Below, piece after piece: positions 8,863-18,985 of a DNA stretch of 43,080 nt. Position 1 is the stretch's first letter. Each line of letters starts with the position of its first letter. Position numbers and translations under genes: made by a program. The notes under the pieces were generated by a model. The model searched no databases, was not told the origin of the DNA, and worked only from the letters and a program-made list of their open reading frames with translations. Source of the stretch: a virus (Duplodnaviria; Caudoviricetes); IMG/VR virus record IMGVR_UViG_3300035492_000416, positions 1 through 43,080 of that record. One strand, given 5' to 3'.

Positions 8863-9869
8863 TACCAAAAGTCCGGGTTATCGGTGATCAAACGAGACCG
8901 TGAGTAAAACGACTGGAGCCCAGGCAAGTATTGGTACGCGTCACCGAAGCCAAGTGACTGATGCGCGTTGGATACTGTTACTCCCTCGGTGGAAGATCGC
9001 CCAAGCGCCTGCGCCAACTGTGCCGGGAAAAGATCGTAATCCTCTGGAATGACGCACACGCCCCGCAGATAGCCTGCCTGGATACCCGCCTCGAACCATG
9101 GCACCTTGCAAAGCTTTGCTTCAGTGAGGTCTGGTAGCGGCGAGGGAGTCTGACGATTCGGGGGGGCCTGAGAACGCATGGCACCTAGCGGCATCCACAC
9201 AACAGCGGCACCTGAGCCGACGAGCAATCCGGTAGAAGGGTACGTCAGAGTGCTAATTCCGCCGTGCCCGAAAGTCGCCTGCGCATGACTGCTATGTGCC
9301 GTACCCTGGACTGAGTTGTTCCCACCAACGGAGATGAAGTTCCCCTCCGAATCTTCTCCAGCATAAAGCGCTACACACGCCTGATCAGTTGCTGTTGAGC
9401 CGCTCTCAAACACAAAGTTATTGACGTAACATCCTTGGTTCAGGATGAACGTCTTGCTGTCTGCAATCACGGCCCAAGAATGGAAGTTTGCGTTGCGCGC
9501 AAAGAAGCTGGTCCCGATGCGCTGCGGCGTCGAATTATTCGCAGCGACTCCAGTTTTTAAGCCATCACCAGTAGGCAATCCACTGGCGTCTAAGCCCTGG
9601 AAATTAGCTGCGACATAAGCCGTCGCCAACTCAGATGTAGCGGCCCGGTGCAGAATAAAGACACCGGACGCCGTCGAAGGCTGCAGAACGATGTGATAGT
9701 CACCCTCATCGATCAGCCACCAACCAGCCGCCGCTTTGCTGCCGTATCCATCCACAAGACACGCTCTAAGCACGGCCTTCAGGGCGGTGAAATTCAGAAC
9801 AGAGTTACCAATAACGGTGAATGAGTAGGCGGGCGCCCCAGCGTCGTCATGCTTATAAACGATGGCCAT
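8862..9869 (-). CDS. Putative receptor-binding/tail fibre protein
   Basis: N-terminal DAGAP..LKAVLRACLVDGYGSKAAAGW virion-protein motif; atypical AT-richer codon usage. Confidence 0.65.
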   Translation of the reverse strand: MAIVYKHDDAGAPAYSFTVIGNSVLNFTALKAVLRACLVDGYGSKAAAGWWLIDEGDYHIVLQPSTASGVFILHRAATSELATAYVAANFQGLDASGLPTGDGLKTGVAANNSTPQRIGTSFFARNANFHSWAVIADSKTFILNQGCYVNNFVFESGSTATDQACVALYAGEDSEGNFISVGGNNSVQGTAHSSHAQATFGHGGISTLTYPSTGLLVGSGAAVVWMPLGAMRSQAPPNRQTPSPLPDLTEAKLCKVPWFEAGIQAGYLRGVCVIPEDYDLFPAQLAQALGRSSTEGVTVSNAHQSLGFGDAYQYLPGLQSFYSRSRLITDNPDFW

Positions 9870-12800
9870 TAGTCTGCGTCCCCCCTCACCTGCAGTTCGA
9901 ACTGGTCATCGTCCACCGTGCCCTGCCCGCTGATCACGGTGCGGATGCACCACATCGGGCCAAGGGCCGAGTCCGTGTTGAAGCGCACCGCATTGCCTGC
10001 AGCCCAGCCGCTACCCCAGCCTTCCCGACGGATCGTGAAGTAGGGTTGTCCGGTCAGCGCGTTGATCGGGGCGCAGTCGGTAGCGGTGTTGCCGGTGCTG
10101 ATCACGCCCAGCTGCTCTTCCACCACGTTGAAGGCCGTCGCACTGGTGAATACCAGCGCCCACTTGCCGGAGATCCCGCCGGCGTTGGTGATGATCGGCG
10201 GGTAGCTCAGGCTGTTGTATTGAGCCGTCGTCGTGTTGCCCACCGGCGCGTTGGTCCAGTTCGGCGCGCCCTGGCTCCAGGTCTGCTGGGTGAACCAGGT
10301 GTGAATCCGCGACTGCAGATCGCCCCACGCCACTGCGCTCGATACCTGCGCCTCGCCAGCAGGAAGATCCCAGGGCAGCGGCGAGCTGATCCCGAGCTCG
10401 CCGGTGATCTGCACTTCGGTCACCAACGCCATGTGCTCTACGCGATCGCGAACGATCAACGGCAAGCCAACCGGATTGCCCTCAGCGTCCTGCAGCACGA
10501 GCGGGTTGCTCCATGTCACCGTGCCGTTCTCCCGATCGGCAGAGAACGAAGCGGCGCGCAGCATGGTGCCAGCCCCATCAACTACCTCGATGCTTGCCTG
10601 TTGAGCCCGGGCAAGCTGAAGCGTGCCGCCAGCGGTAGGCGCGCTCACGACCGTCTCCGCCGTGTGATGGATCACCACCACATCGCCGTCGCGATAAATC
10701 GGCACCCGGCCGTCTGCAGGCAGGCGCACGGGATCTAGGCCGAGCAGGCCTGCATCCAGCGGCAACCGCGTCTGCACGACGGCGTTGTAGCGCAGCAGCA
10801 GCGGGATCACCGGCACGTCACTCGCCCCGCTCTCGTCGGCCGGGTTGGTGGTGAAGCGCAGCCGGGCGATACCGGTTGCCGTATCAACCGTGCCGTGAAC
10901 GATGCCGGTGGAGAACTCGCCATTGAGGTTCGCCGCGGCTGTGACGATCGCAGCCGTGTCCGTACGCACTACGGTGATCTGCATACTGCCAGCTCGCAGC
11001 GGAGCGCCCGGGGTGCGGAACGTCGCCCCGGTGACACTAAAGCCCGCCGATGCCGTCAGGCACGCCAGCAGCGACGCTGCCCCGCTCGCGTTGCCCGGGT
11101 AACTGTTCAGCGTGGCGATGCCGGATACATAGTCCACACTGCCGACCGCAGTGCCGCCGTTGGTGTTACTCGCCACATCCCGATAGAGGATGCCGCTGCG
11201 ATCGGTGTACAGCGCGCCATTCCAGCTGAACAGCAGCGACCCGGGCACGATGGGTTCGCCCACGCCGGGCAACAGCTCCACCGACAAAGGCGGCAACGCC
11301 TGGTTGCTGGTTTGAGGCTCGGTCGCGACGTTAGCCGGCTGCGCTGCGACAGAAAGCGTACCGCCGAACTGCTCGCGCACCTGCACGGGCGTCGTGATCA
11401 ACACCGGCTCAGTACCACGCCCGAACAGGCCCGGCTTGGCCTGGTTGCTGTAGGTGTACTCGACGTAGTCGTACAGCTGAGCGACCTGCAGCGTCACCTG
11501 GCCGGTGGTGTAGTTGATCGTCCCGACTCGCCCGCCCTGCCATCCACCGCTGCCATTGTCATTGGCGCTGTTGGCGAGATCTCGCTGGCCATCGTAGACC
11601 GGCAAGGCGTTACCGCTTTCGATAACCTGCCAGTTGATGGCCGGCGCCGCCTGGCGACGCGTCGTCATCCAGTCGACCCGGACCGAGCCAGGCTTGAGCG
11701 GCGCTCCCGGCACGGTGAACGTGGCCATGCCGCTGCCGTCGCTGCTCACGCTGAGCGGCACACTGCCCACCGCCCCCTGGCTGTAGGTGTAGCCGATCCC
11801 GCCTGACGGGGTTGCGGCAAGCTCCATCACGATCTCGCCGGAGGCGTACGCGATGGTGCCGGTCCCGCCCGAACCGCTGAGAACCCCCTGCCCGTTGTCG
11901 GTGAGCGTCCGCGCGGTACCAGCGGTGAACGTCACCGTAACAGAACCCGGTAGCACGCCGCCGCCCGGCAAGGTATGGCGCACCTTGAGCTTGGGCACCA
12001 CGGTGCCGCCGGCGCGCTGGGTCACCGCGTTGTCGGCCGAGCTGATGTAGCTGTAGATCAGCGAGCTGCCCACATCCGGCAGTGCGTTGAGGGTGATCGA
12101 GACCGAGCCCGTGGCCAAGCTGATCGTGCCCGCCCCTTCGCCGGTCAGCAGGCCGTCGCCGAAGTCGCGCAGTTCATACCATTTGCCCAGCGCCATGTAC
12201 GAAACCGACAGCGTCCCGGCGCGTGGCACCGCACCGGACAGGTTCAGCGTGTACACGTAGCCGCGGTTCCCAAGTGTAATCTCAAGCTCGCCGGTTACCG
12301 TGTCGCCCGTCGCCGCAGCGCCTGGGCGGTAGCTGCCCGTGGCAGCACCGGTCCAGCTCGTGCCGGTGCGTATCAGCGTGACCTCACCGGTCTGGTAGTC
12401 GATGCGACCAGAGCTGATCCAGTTGCTGCCGCTGACGAAGCGTAAACCGCCCTTGCTGTCGTCGGCGAACGTTCCACCATTGGCGGTGATGCTGAGGGTG
12501 CCCGGGGCGCAGCCGGTACCGAGGAAGGTTCGCGACTCGCCGGCAACCGCACCGGCTGCCACCGTCAGCGCCACGGAGCGCGCCGGGCCGGCCGGCAGGT
12601 ACATCTGCCGCTGATATCCGCCCAGCACGTCGGCCAGCGCGGCCTCTTTGGTAGTGCTCGGCACAAGTTGGCTGTATACGGACTGCACACGCAGGTTCAA
12701 CGCACCGGCGGACACGGCCTCTGCCAGCGGGCTGATGCCGTAGTAACGCGCAGCATCGGCCACCTGGGTGCTGAGAACCCGCGCCTTGGCCGCGCCGCTC

Positions 12801-13447
12801 AATGACGTGGCGGTCGTGCCGGCAGGGGTAACCTGCCCACCCGGGTATTCGGTCTGCAACGGCGCGCTGATCGAAAGGTCGAGACGGCGGCGTGTGAAGT
12901 TCACGAAGTTGCCATTGCCGTAATCGTAGGTGAACTGCTCCAGACGCGAGTCCACGCCAGTCAGCCGCACGTACTGTGAAGCGCCGGCGCTGACCAGCTG
13001 GAAAACGTCACCGACTTCGGGCACGCGCTGCTCTTCGCGCTGTACGCAGGCAATGGCGCGCTGCCCTGCCAGCTGGGTACCCAGCAGCTCGAACTGTGCC
13101 GTCGTCGCCGCAGCCACATAGCTTTCGATGGCGTTGCGCGCATCGCGGCGCTCATCAGTGTGGCTGCGGGTGTTGAACAGCAAGACGCTGACGCGCGGAT
13201 CTGCAGGCGCCTCGGTTACGATCGCATGCGCACCCAGATACGCATCGGCGTTCTGCGTCATAGGACCGCCGAACAGCTTGCGCAGATTGATGCGGCCGGT
13301 GGTTCGGTCCAGGCGGCTGATGTCGGGGAACATGTTGTTGACCTGGCCATCGACCACGGCATTACCGGTCGCACGGCCACCGCCATCGTCTTCATCCGTC
13401 AGGCGCTGGCTCTTGAGCAGCTTCACATCGGTGACGTTGATCGTCAT
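9869..13447 (-). CDS. Large virion tail-tip protein (~1192 aa) with repeated G-x-(I/V)-x-Y-x-(T/S)-G modules
   Basis: Start MTINVTDVKLLKSQRLTD with GGAG SD; repeats GRIDYQTGEV, GTIAYASGEI, GTINYTTGQV, GSVDYVSGIA, GTVDTATGIA. Confidence 0.85.
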   Translation of the reverse strand: MTINVTDVKLLKSQRLTDEDDGGGRATGNAVVDGQVNNMFPDISRLDRTTGRINLRKLFGGPMTQNADAYLGAHAIVTEAPADPRVSVLLFNTRSHTDERRDARNAIESYVAAATTAQFELLGTQLAGQRAIACVQREEQRVPEVGDVFQLVSAGASQYVRLTGVDSRLEQFTYDYGNGNFVNFTRRRLDLSISAPLQTEYPGGQVTPAGTTATSLSGAAKARVLSTQVADAARYYGISPLAEAVSAGALNLRVQSVYSQLVPSTTKEAALADVLGGYQRQMYLPAGPARSVALTVAAGAVAGESRTFLGTGCAPGTLSITANGGTFADDSKGGLRFVSGSNWISSGRIDYQTGEVTLIRTGTSWTGAATGSYRPGAAATGDTVTGELEITLGNRGYVYTLNLSGAVPRAGTLSVSYMALGKWYELRDFGDGLLTGEGAGTISLATGSVSITLNALPDVGSSLIYSYISSADNAVTQRAGGTVVPKLKVRHTLPGGGVLPGSVTVTFTAGTARTLTDNGQGVLSGSGGTGTIAYASGEIVMELAATPSGGIGYTYSQGAVGSVPLSVSSDGSGMATFTVPGAPLKPGSVRVDWMTTRRQAAPAINWQVIESGNALPVYDGQRDLANSANDNGSGGWQGGRVGTINYTTGQVTLQVAQLYDYVEYTYSNQAKPGLFGRGTEPVLITTPVQVREQFGGTLSVAAQPANVATEPQTSNQALPPLSVELLPGVGEPIVPGSLLFSWNGALYTDRSGILYRDVASNTNGGTAVGSVDYVSGIATLNSYPGNASGAASLLACLTASAGFSVTGATFRTPGAPLRAGSMQITVVRTDTAAIVTAAANLNGEFSTGIVHGTVDTATGIARLRFTTNPADESGASDVPVIPLLLRYNAVVQTRLPLDAGLLGLDPVRLPADGRVPIYRDGDVVVIHHTAETVVSAPTAGGTLQLARAQQASIEVVDGAGTMLRAASFSADRENGTVTWSNPLVLQDAEGNPVGLPLIVRDRVEHMALVTEVQITGELGISSPLPWDLPAGEAQVSSAVAWGDLQSRIHTWFTQQTWSQGAPNWTNAPVGNTTTAQYNSLSYPPIITNAGGISGKWALVFTSATAFNVVEEQLGVISTGNTATDCAPINALTGQPYFTIRREGWGSGWAAGNAVRFNTDSALGPMWCIRTVISGQGTVDDDQFELQVRGDAD

Positions 13448-13492
13448 GCCATCAATCTCCAGGCAACAAAAAGCCCGCATTTGGCGGGCCGG

Positions 13493-13936
13493 TCAGGGTT
13501 CAAGGTTGGTTTCCGGTATAGGTGGTGGCGCCACCGTGATCAGGCGCAAGGTCAACTCGTAGAGCCAGTTCGGACCAGGGTTGACGGCGCGATGAATCGG
13601 GCGGGCCTGCACTGCCGGCCCGGCAGCGCGATTCCAGGTGACGTAGTGCTGTGCACCGGTTGGCAATGTCAGCAAGTGCACTGCTGCAGGCGTAGCGGCA
13701 GCGGCTTCGAGTTCGCGGACCTTCGCGAGCGTGAACCATGCGCCGCCGTTGCTGCTGAGTGTGATCGGCCGGCCGTAGAGCTTGAGCCCTTCCTGAATGA
13801 TCAAGGCACCACTCAGGCTGCGCTCTTGCTCCTGCTCGACGGCATTCCAGTCCCACTCGTCGACCCACTCCATTTGCTCGCCGCCCAGGTCGGGGTTATC
13901 CGCCAGGTCGATGTCGTCCAGGGTCAGTTGCATCAA
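13493..13936 (-). CDS. Distal tail (Dit-like) protein
   Basis: Immediately after tape measure gene; WVDEWDW..SLSGALII..GRPITL motif; typical size. Confidence 0.7.
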   Translation of the reverse strand: MMQLTLDDIDLADNPDLGGEQMEWVDEWDWNAVEQEQERSLSGALIIQEGLKLYGRPITLSSNGGAWFTLAKVRELEAAAATPAAVHLLTLPTGAQHYVTWNRAAGPAVQARPIHRAVNPGPNWLYELTLRLITVAPPPIPETNLEP

Positions 13937-16900
13937 AGAGCCCTCAAGCCGGCCTGCTCCAGAATCCCGAGCAGGTTGGTTTCGTCGGTATCACTACTCA
14001 CCGCCACATCGACAGGCTGCCGGCCAGGCACCTCCAGGCGGATGACCTTGCTCGGCGCCTGCGGTTGCTCCGATCCAGCTGGCTTCTCGGCCTGATGCGC
14101 CTCGATGCGCTTCTGCTGCTCTTCACGTTGGCGCTGCTGCGCTGATTCGGCCTCGATCTGCCGAAGCATCCCGAGCGCGCGCGAGGCGTTGGCCACTGCC
14201 TGGCTGTCACCTTGGGCATTGGCCTCGGCCAGCTGCGCCTCCAGTTCACGCCGCCGACTGGCGAAGCGACGCCGCTCGATGTCCTCGGTGCGCCCTTGGA
14301 GGTTGTCCAGCTCATCCTGCAGAGAGTCGAGGGTGCTGCGAGTGGATTCACCCATCTGCTGCATGCGCTGCTCAGCCGCAGCAATCGCTGACTCGAGGCT
14401 CGAAAGGTCCGAATCGTCGAGCAGGCTCAGCGCACGGCGCATCGAATTGGCCGAGCGGACAAACTCACGGGCAGTGAGATTGCCCCGCTCGTAGTCGCCC
14501 ATCAGCGATTGCAGCGCGGATTTCTGGCCGAGGAATGCCTGCTGGGCCTGCAGGCTGGCCTGCTGGGTTTCCAGCGCCCAGCGCCCGATGCTGCTCATCA
14601 TCGGATTGGCCGCGGCGCGTTGGAGCTCGGCCAGTTGTGCTGTCACTTGGGCCAGCGACTGGCGGGTTGCGTCCAGGCTGCTGGTATCGATCGACACGTT
14701 GACGCTGTTGATGCCCCGCAGGCGGTCGTAGAACTCCAGCGCCGCTGCGCTCATCGCAGCAAGCGGCTCCCGCGCACGGCTGACCACACCGGAGAAGAAC
14801 CCCTCCATGGCGGACATGTCGCGCTTAGCGTCGCTGGATTCCTTACGGCGACGTTGCATGGCTTCGTCACCGGCCCGCCGCTCCGCCTCCATGCGCTTGC
14901 CACTCTCGCGGCGCAGCTGTTCGCTGGTGACGATCGCGTCCTTGTCCGACTTGTTCTTGTCGTCTTGGGCTTTCTTGCCGCCCTCCAGGGCCTGCTTGAG
15001 TTCCTTCTGGCGTGCGGAGAGCTTGGCCAGTTCAGCGTTGTACTCGGAAGCGCCGACCTGCCCATCGTCATATAGGCGCCGCAGGGCTGCGCTGATGGCA
15101 GTGATATCGCGATCGGTCTTGGCGTCGCTGATCGCTCGCTGAACAGCAGCGAGATCTTTCAGACTATCGGCTGCAATGCCAACAGCCGACGCCATGCCGG
15201 CTGCAGAACCACCAATTTCGCGGAGCTTCGCCTGGACCATTGCGGTGCCGCTGGCGAACTCCCGCTGGCTCAGGTCGCCGCGCTGATAGGCGCTGTAAAG
15301 CTCATCGCCCAGCTGTCTGAACTGCGCCGCCCCCGTTGCCGCGTCGATCTGCGCGAGTGCGTTGTTCATGTCGGTGACGCGCTGCACGACGTGCTCGAAC
15401 TGATCGTCAGCGGCCTGTTTCACGACTTGCGTCTGTTCGGCGGCGCTCTGCTCCACCTTTTCGGTGAGGAAATCCCAGGCGCCGGCTACCTGGCCAAAGT
15501 CGGTTTTCGCCTGCTCAGCGTATGCTGCGCTGAGATCGCCAAGAAGCTCGTATAGCCCACTCGCCTTCGCTCGAAATTCCGAGCCGCCAAAGACGTCAGC
15601 CACTTCGCCGACAACGAGCGCCAAACGACCGACCGTCTGTTGTACCACCAATGTCAGCTGCGCTGCTGCACTGCTGACTACGCCCGCGAATGTGTTCCAG
15701 ACGGTCGTTAGGGTAGCGGTCGCATAACGCCCTGCAGTGACGGTCTGCTCTATCGCCGGCCCAATCTGTGCCGCCATGCTTGCAGCACGCGCGGCAAGCC
15801 CCTCGAAGTCGACCGTAGCCAGCTTCTCAACGTACTTCGAAACAGCCTCAGCGCCGTTGACGAACGCATCGGACAGGCTCTGAGCCAAGCGATCAAGGCG
15901 GCCATCATTCGCCATTTCGTCGAGGTGGTCCGCCAGCTGCTGCAGCTTGCCGCGCACATACTCAAACGCCCCGCTATCAGCCACACGGCCGGCGAAGTCG
16001 CCGAACTGGTCGCCTACCGTCTTCAACAGGCCGGCGAAGGTGTTCATCCGAGCCGCTGCTGCCGCGCCACCGTAGGCCTCGGTCAGCATGTCCATGATGA
16101 TGGCTTGCGCTTCAGCCTTGCGGCCGGTGGCCTCAAGCTGCTTAAGCAGGCGCTTCTGGCCGTCTTCCAGTTTGAAGCCCTGCCGGCCCAGCGTGGCGAT
16201 CGCATCCGACGGCGATTGCAGCGCGCGCCCGACGATCTCCGCCGACTGCTCGACGCTGATGCCGAGGCGCTGCTGCTGATCGATGACGATCTGCATCGCT
16301 GCCGGGAACTCGCTGGCTACGATATCGGTGTAGGAAAGCAGACGGGTTTGCCCAGCCAGGATCTGCTCGGTCGTCAACATGGACGAGCGCTTGAAACCCG
16401 CCGCCATGTCCAGCAATTGCTGCGCGGTGAGCCCAGCTGCATTACCCGTTGAGGCCAGAGCCGCTTCGAGCTGAGCCAGCGCCTGCTCGTTGTCGCTGCC
16501 GTCGGCGATCACGGCGCGGATGCCGTCGCGCACCAGGTTGAGACCGCCACGCACCAGGTTGAAGGCAGCGTTAAGGGATATATAAGCGGCGGCGAAGGCC
16601 AGCACCCGTTTCGCGCCATCGCTTAGAGCCGAGCGGGCCGCCTCAACACGGTCGGTGTGTTCTTTGGTCGCATCCGCCGCCCTCTTTTCCTCGACTCGCT
16701 TCTGCTTGATCGCCTCGCGGTTGTCGGCCAAAGCCTTCTTGCCGGTCTCCAGCTCCGCTGTCAGCCGCTCTTCTTCGGCAGTGACGTTGTCGGTATCGAC
16801 GCCAAGCTTTTTCAGTTCGCTCGTGGTGTTCTTGATGGCCTGCTGATTGCGCTTGTAGGCACGCTCGGCTTCGTCCAGCGTGCGGCGCGCCTCGCGCAGG

Positions 16901-17190
16901 GCGATACGCTGGCCAGCAGTGGCCTGTTCCTGATGGCCGATCTCGCGCGTCAGGTCGTCAAGTGTCGCCGCGGCATCACGCTGCGCACGCTCCAAGCCTT
17001 CGGTTGCCTGCTGGTTGTCGCGCAGAGTGCGGGCCAATCCGCGTGCACGTCCTGCCTCTTCCAGCGATTGTTTGAGACGCCGACCGTCTTCGGCCAGCTC
17101 TTTCATCGAGTCGCTGGCCGGCTCAACGTCCTTGCTCAGGAAGTTGCGCGCACGCAGGGTGAGCTGAATAAGCCGGTCGAAGGCCATCAC
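13933..17190 (-). CDS. Tail tape measure protein
   Basis: 1085 aa Ala/Gln/Glu-rich helical protein after the tail tube gene; GRALQSP..LGRQG tape-measure-type segment. Confidence 0.92.
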   Translation of the reverse strand: MMAFDRLIQLTLRARNFLSKDVEPASDSMKELAEDGRRLKQSLEEAGRARGLARTLRDNQQATEGLERAQRDAAATLDDLTREIGHQEQATAGQRIALREARRTLDEAERAYKRNQQAIKNTTSELKKLGVDTDNVTAEEERLTAELETGKKALADNREAIKQKRVEEKRAADATKEHTDRVEAARSALSDGAKRVLAFAAAYISLNAAFNLVRGGLNLVRDGIRAVIADGSDNEQALAQLEAALASTGNAAGLTAQQLLDMAAGFKRSSMLTTEQILAGQTRLLSYTDIVASEFPAAMQIVIDQQQRLGISVEQSAEIVGRALQSPSDAIATLGRQGFKLEDGQKRLLKQLEATGRKAEAQAIIMDMLTEAYGGAAAAARMNTFAGLLKTVGDQFGDFAGRVADSGAFEYVRGKLQQLADHLDEMANDGRLDRLAQSLSDAFVNGAEAVSKYVEKLATVDFEGLAARAASMAAQIGPAIEQTVTAGRYATATLTTVWNTFAGVVSSAAAQLTLVVQQTVGRLALVVGEVADVFGGSEFRAKASGLYELLGDLSAAYAEQAKTDFGQVAGAWDFLTEKVEQSAAEQTQVVKQAADDQFEHVVQRVTDMNNALAQIDAATGAAQFRQLGDELYSAYQRGDLSQREFASGTAMVQAKLREIGGSAAGMASAVGIAADSLKDLAAVQRAISDAKTDRDITAISAALRRLYDDGQVGASEYNAELAKLSARQKELKQALEGGKKAQDDKNKSDKDAIVTSEQLRRESGKRMEAERRAGDEAMQRRRKESSDAKRDMSAMEGFFSGVVSRAREPLAAMSAAALEFYDRLRGINSVNVSIDTSSLDATRQSLAQVTAQLAELQRAAANPMMSSIGRWALETQQASLQAQQAFLGQKSALQSLMGDYERGNLTAREFVRSANSMRRALSLLDDSDLSSLESAIAAAEQRMQQMGESTRSTLDSLQDELDNLQGRTEDIERRRFASRRRELEAQLAEANAQGDSQAVANASRALGMLRQIEAESAQQRQREEQQKRIEAHQAEKPAGSEQPQAPSKVIRLEVPGRQPVDVAVSSDTDETNLLGILEQAGLRAL

Positions 17191-17205
17191 TTTTCTCCAA
17201 GCAAT

Positions 17206-17228
17206 AAAAAACCCGCCACGGCGGGTTT
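17206..17228. terminator. Terminator hairpin downstream of the tail-region moron
   Basis: AAAAAA-CCCGCC-AC-GGCGGG-TTT. Confidence 0.7.
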
Positions 17229-17300
17229 AAAGAAGAGGTCGAGTCAGCAGCCAATATAAAGCCCCGCCAACGCAGAGCTTTAGTGGTTCATGGTCAAATG

Positions 17301-17768
17301 TTACGCAGTTGCCACCTCACTAGGTGCGGCCATGCCATCGAGTGCGTTGCGCGCCTTGAAGAACCCGGCACTGCCGAAATAAGGCAGTCCGATAATCACG
17401 GCGGCGTAAGCACCAACTGATAGCGAGATGGATCTAGTAAGCATATAGGTGAAGAAACCGACAAAGGCGCCCAGGAACACGCCGCAGAGGAACCCTATGA
17501 AGGTCTTCTGAATGATCGGCTGAAGATCCGCCTTCGTGATTTCACCATTGCTTTCTTGGACCGCAAACACGATAAGGCGGCCGGCGCTTTTTGCGCAGGC
17601 CAGCCGGACGACAGCGCCAACCTTGACGAAACTATCGAGGTAGAGGTCGGTGATAACCCGGCGCACACGCTTGCCGCCTATGTTAACGAACACGTACTCA
17701 GTCAACCCGTTCATCACAGCGCCGTTGCCCAACTCAGAGATCTTTCCTTCCAATACTACGATTCCCAT
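17301..17768 (-). CDS. Membrane protein moron (two C-terminal TM helices)
   Basis: AT-richer codons, own ~220-bp upstream region with AAGGA SD, downstream terminator; between tail tube and tape measure genes. Confidence 0.8.
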   Translation of the reverse strand: MGIVVLEGKISELGNGAVMNGLTEYVFVNIGGKRVRRVITDLYLDSFVKVGAVVRLACAKSAGRLIVFAVQESNGEITKADLQPIIQKTFIGFLCGVFLGAFVGFFTYMLTRSISLSVGAYAAVIIGLPYFGSAGFFKARNALDGMAAPSEVATA

Positions 17769-17992
17769 TTTCCGTTCCTTAACTAGCGAGTAGGGTTCCA
17801 GAGCGATGCACTCCGGTGCAGTCGCATTTTGCCATCAACTCACAGAGATCCAAGCTCGGATTACAAGTTCTTAAGGCACTCTTGGTAGAGTTCCTTGGAT
17901 TCGGTTACGGATTAACGCGACCGATAGGCCGACGCGTGCCACCACCTCCACTAGCACCAGCGCCTTAGAGAGCCATCCCTGGCCCTGCCACA

Positions 17993-18745
17993 TCAAGCCG
18001 CCGCCTTCATCCCCAGCGAGTAGAACTGCGACATGCCAGCCGCCGTCACCAGCGGATCTGCCAGCAGCTCACCTGTGACCTGGTAGGCCGCATAGGCGGT
18101 GCCGCTGAGCTGGATCTCCTGCACCAGACCAACCTTGAAGCGACGCAGCCGCGCCGGCGTCGGAGCACCGCCCTGCGCCGCGTTCAGGCCCGCGAAGTAG
18201 CATTCCAGCTCGACCTGCGAGCGGGTCAGCATTTCCACGACATCGGCTTTCAGCTTGGTATAGCTGGCCTTGATGCCGGCGTTGGTGATGCTGGTACCGC
18301 TGGTGATCTGGATGCCGTAAGGCGTCAGCAGGTAGTCGGTGCCAGGCTCAAGCGGGCCGTCCGCAGCAGTCACGATGGTGACCGGCGCCGACAGGTCAGG
18401 CAGGTTATCGAACGGGATCAGTTCGCCCGGCAGGGCCTCGCAGACATGCGCCTCAGCGGCAACGGTGCCGGCGGCGACGCCATGAATAGTGCCGCGACCC
18501 ACCAGGGCGAGGTTGCGAGCGTTCACGTCGTACAGGGTGAAACTGGCGGTCACGCCGGTCACGCGGGAAGTCACGTTGCGGTTGCCCGCGCCGGTGATGT
18601 AGTTGGGCAGCGTTTGCTGGTCCTCGGTGTGCGCGATCTTCAGCTCGCTGGTGTTGCCCCAGGGCAGCAGGGCCTTTTGCGTTTGATAGGCGCGCGAAAA
18701 CAACTCGCCGTAGCCGATAAGGCTGGCGTCTTCGACAGTGATCAT
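17993..18745 (-). CDS. Major tail tube protein
   Basis: 250 aa, WGNTSELKI motif, position after tail-completion genes, strong GAGG SD. Confidence 0.85.
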   Translation of the reverse strand: MITVEDASLIGYGELFSRAYQTQKALLPWGNTSELKIAHTEDQQTLPNYITGAGNRNVTSRVTGVTASFTLYDVNARNLALVGRGTIHGVAAGTVAAEAHVCEALPGELIPFDNLPDLSAPVTIVTAADGPLEPGTDYLLTPYGIQITSGTSITNAGIKASYTKLKADVVEMLTRSQVELECYFAGLNAAQGGAPTPARLRRFKVGLVQEIQLSGTAYAAYQVTGELLADPLVTAAGMSQFYSLGMKAAA

Positions 18746-18803
18746 TGGATTTCCTCGATGTCAGAGAGCGGCGCGGGGCCAGGTGCAGCGGGGATGGGTG
18801 AGG

Positions 18804-18977
18804 TTACTTGGCCTCGGCTGCAGTCTTGGGCTTGGCCGGCGCGGGCTTCGGCGTGAAGCCGTTGGCCTGAGCATGAGCCATAGCAGCAGCAGTCAGCTCC
18901 TGCTCACCCTTTTCGTACAGCTTGACCTTGCCGCCTTCACGAAAGGTGAACGGCTTTTCTACAGTGGCTTTGGGCAT
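18804..18977 (-). CDS. Small Lys/Ala-rich hypothetical virion-module protein (57 aa)
   Basis: GGAGG SD before ATG 18977; MPKATVEKPFTFREGGK... Confidence 0.75.
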   Translation of the reverse strand: MPKATVEKPFTFREGGKVKLYEKGEQELTAAAMAHAQANGFTPKPAPAKPKTAAEAK

Positions 18978-18985
18978 ATGCCCTC

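Noticed and set aside
6090-13447. Diversity-generating retroelement or invertible tail-fibre switch
   Set aside because: No reverse transcriptase, invertase, duplicated template/variable repeat or flanking inverted sites seen
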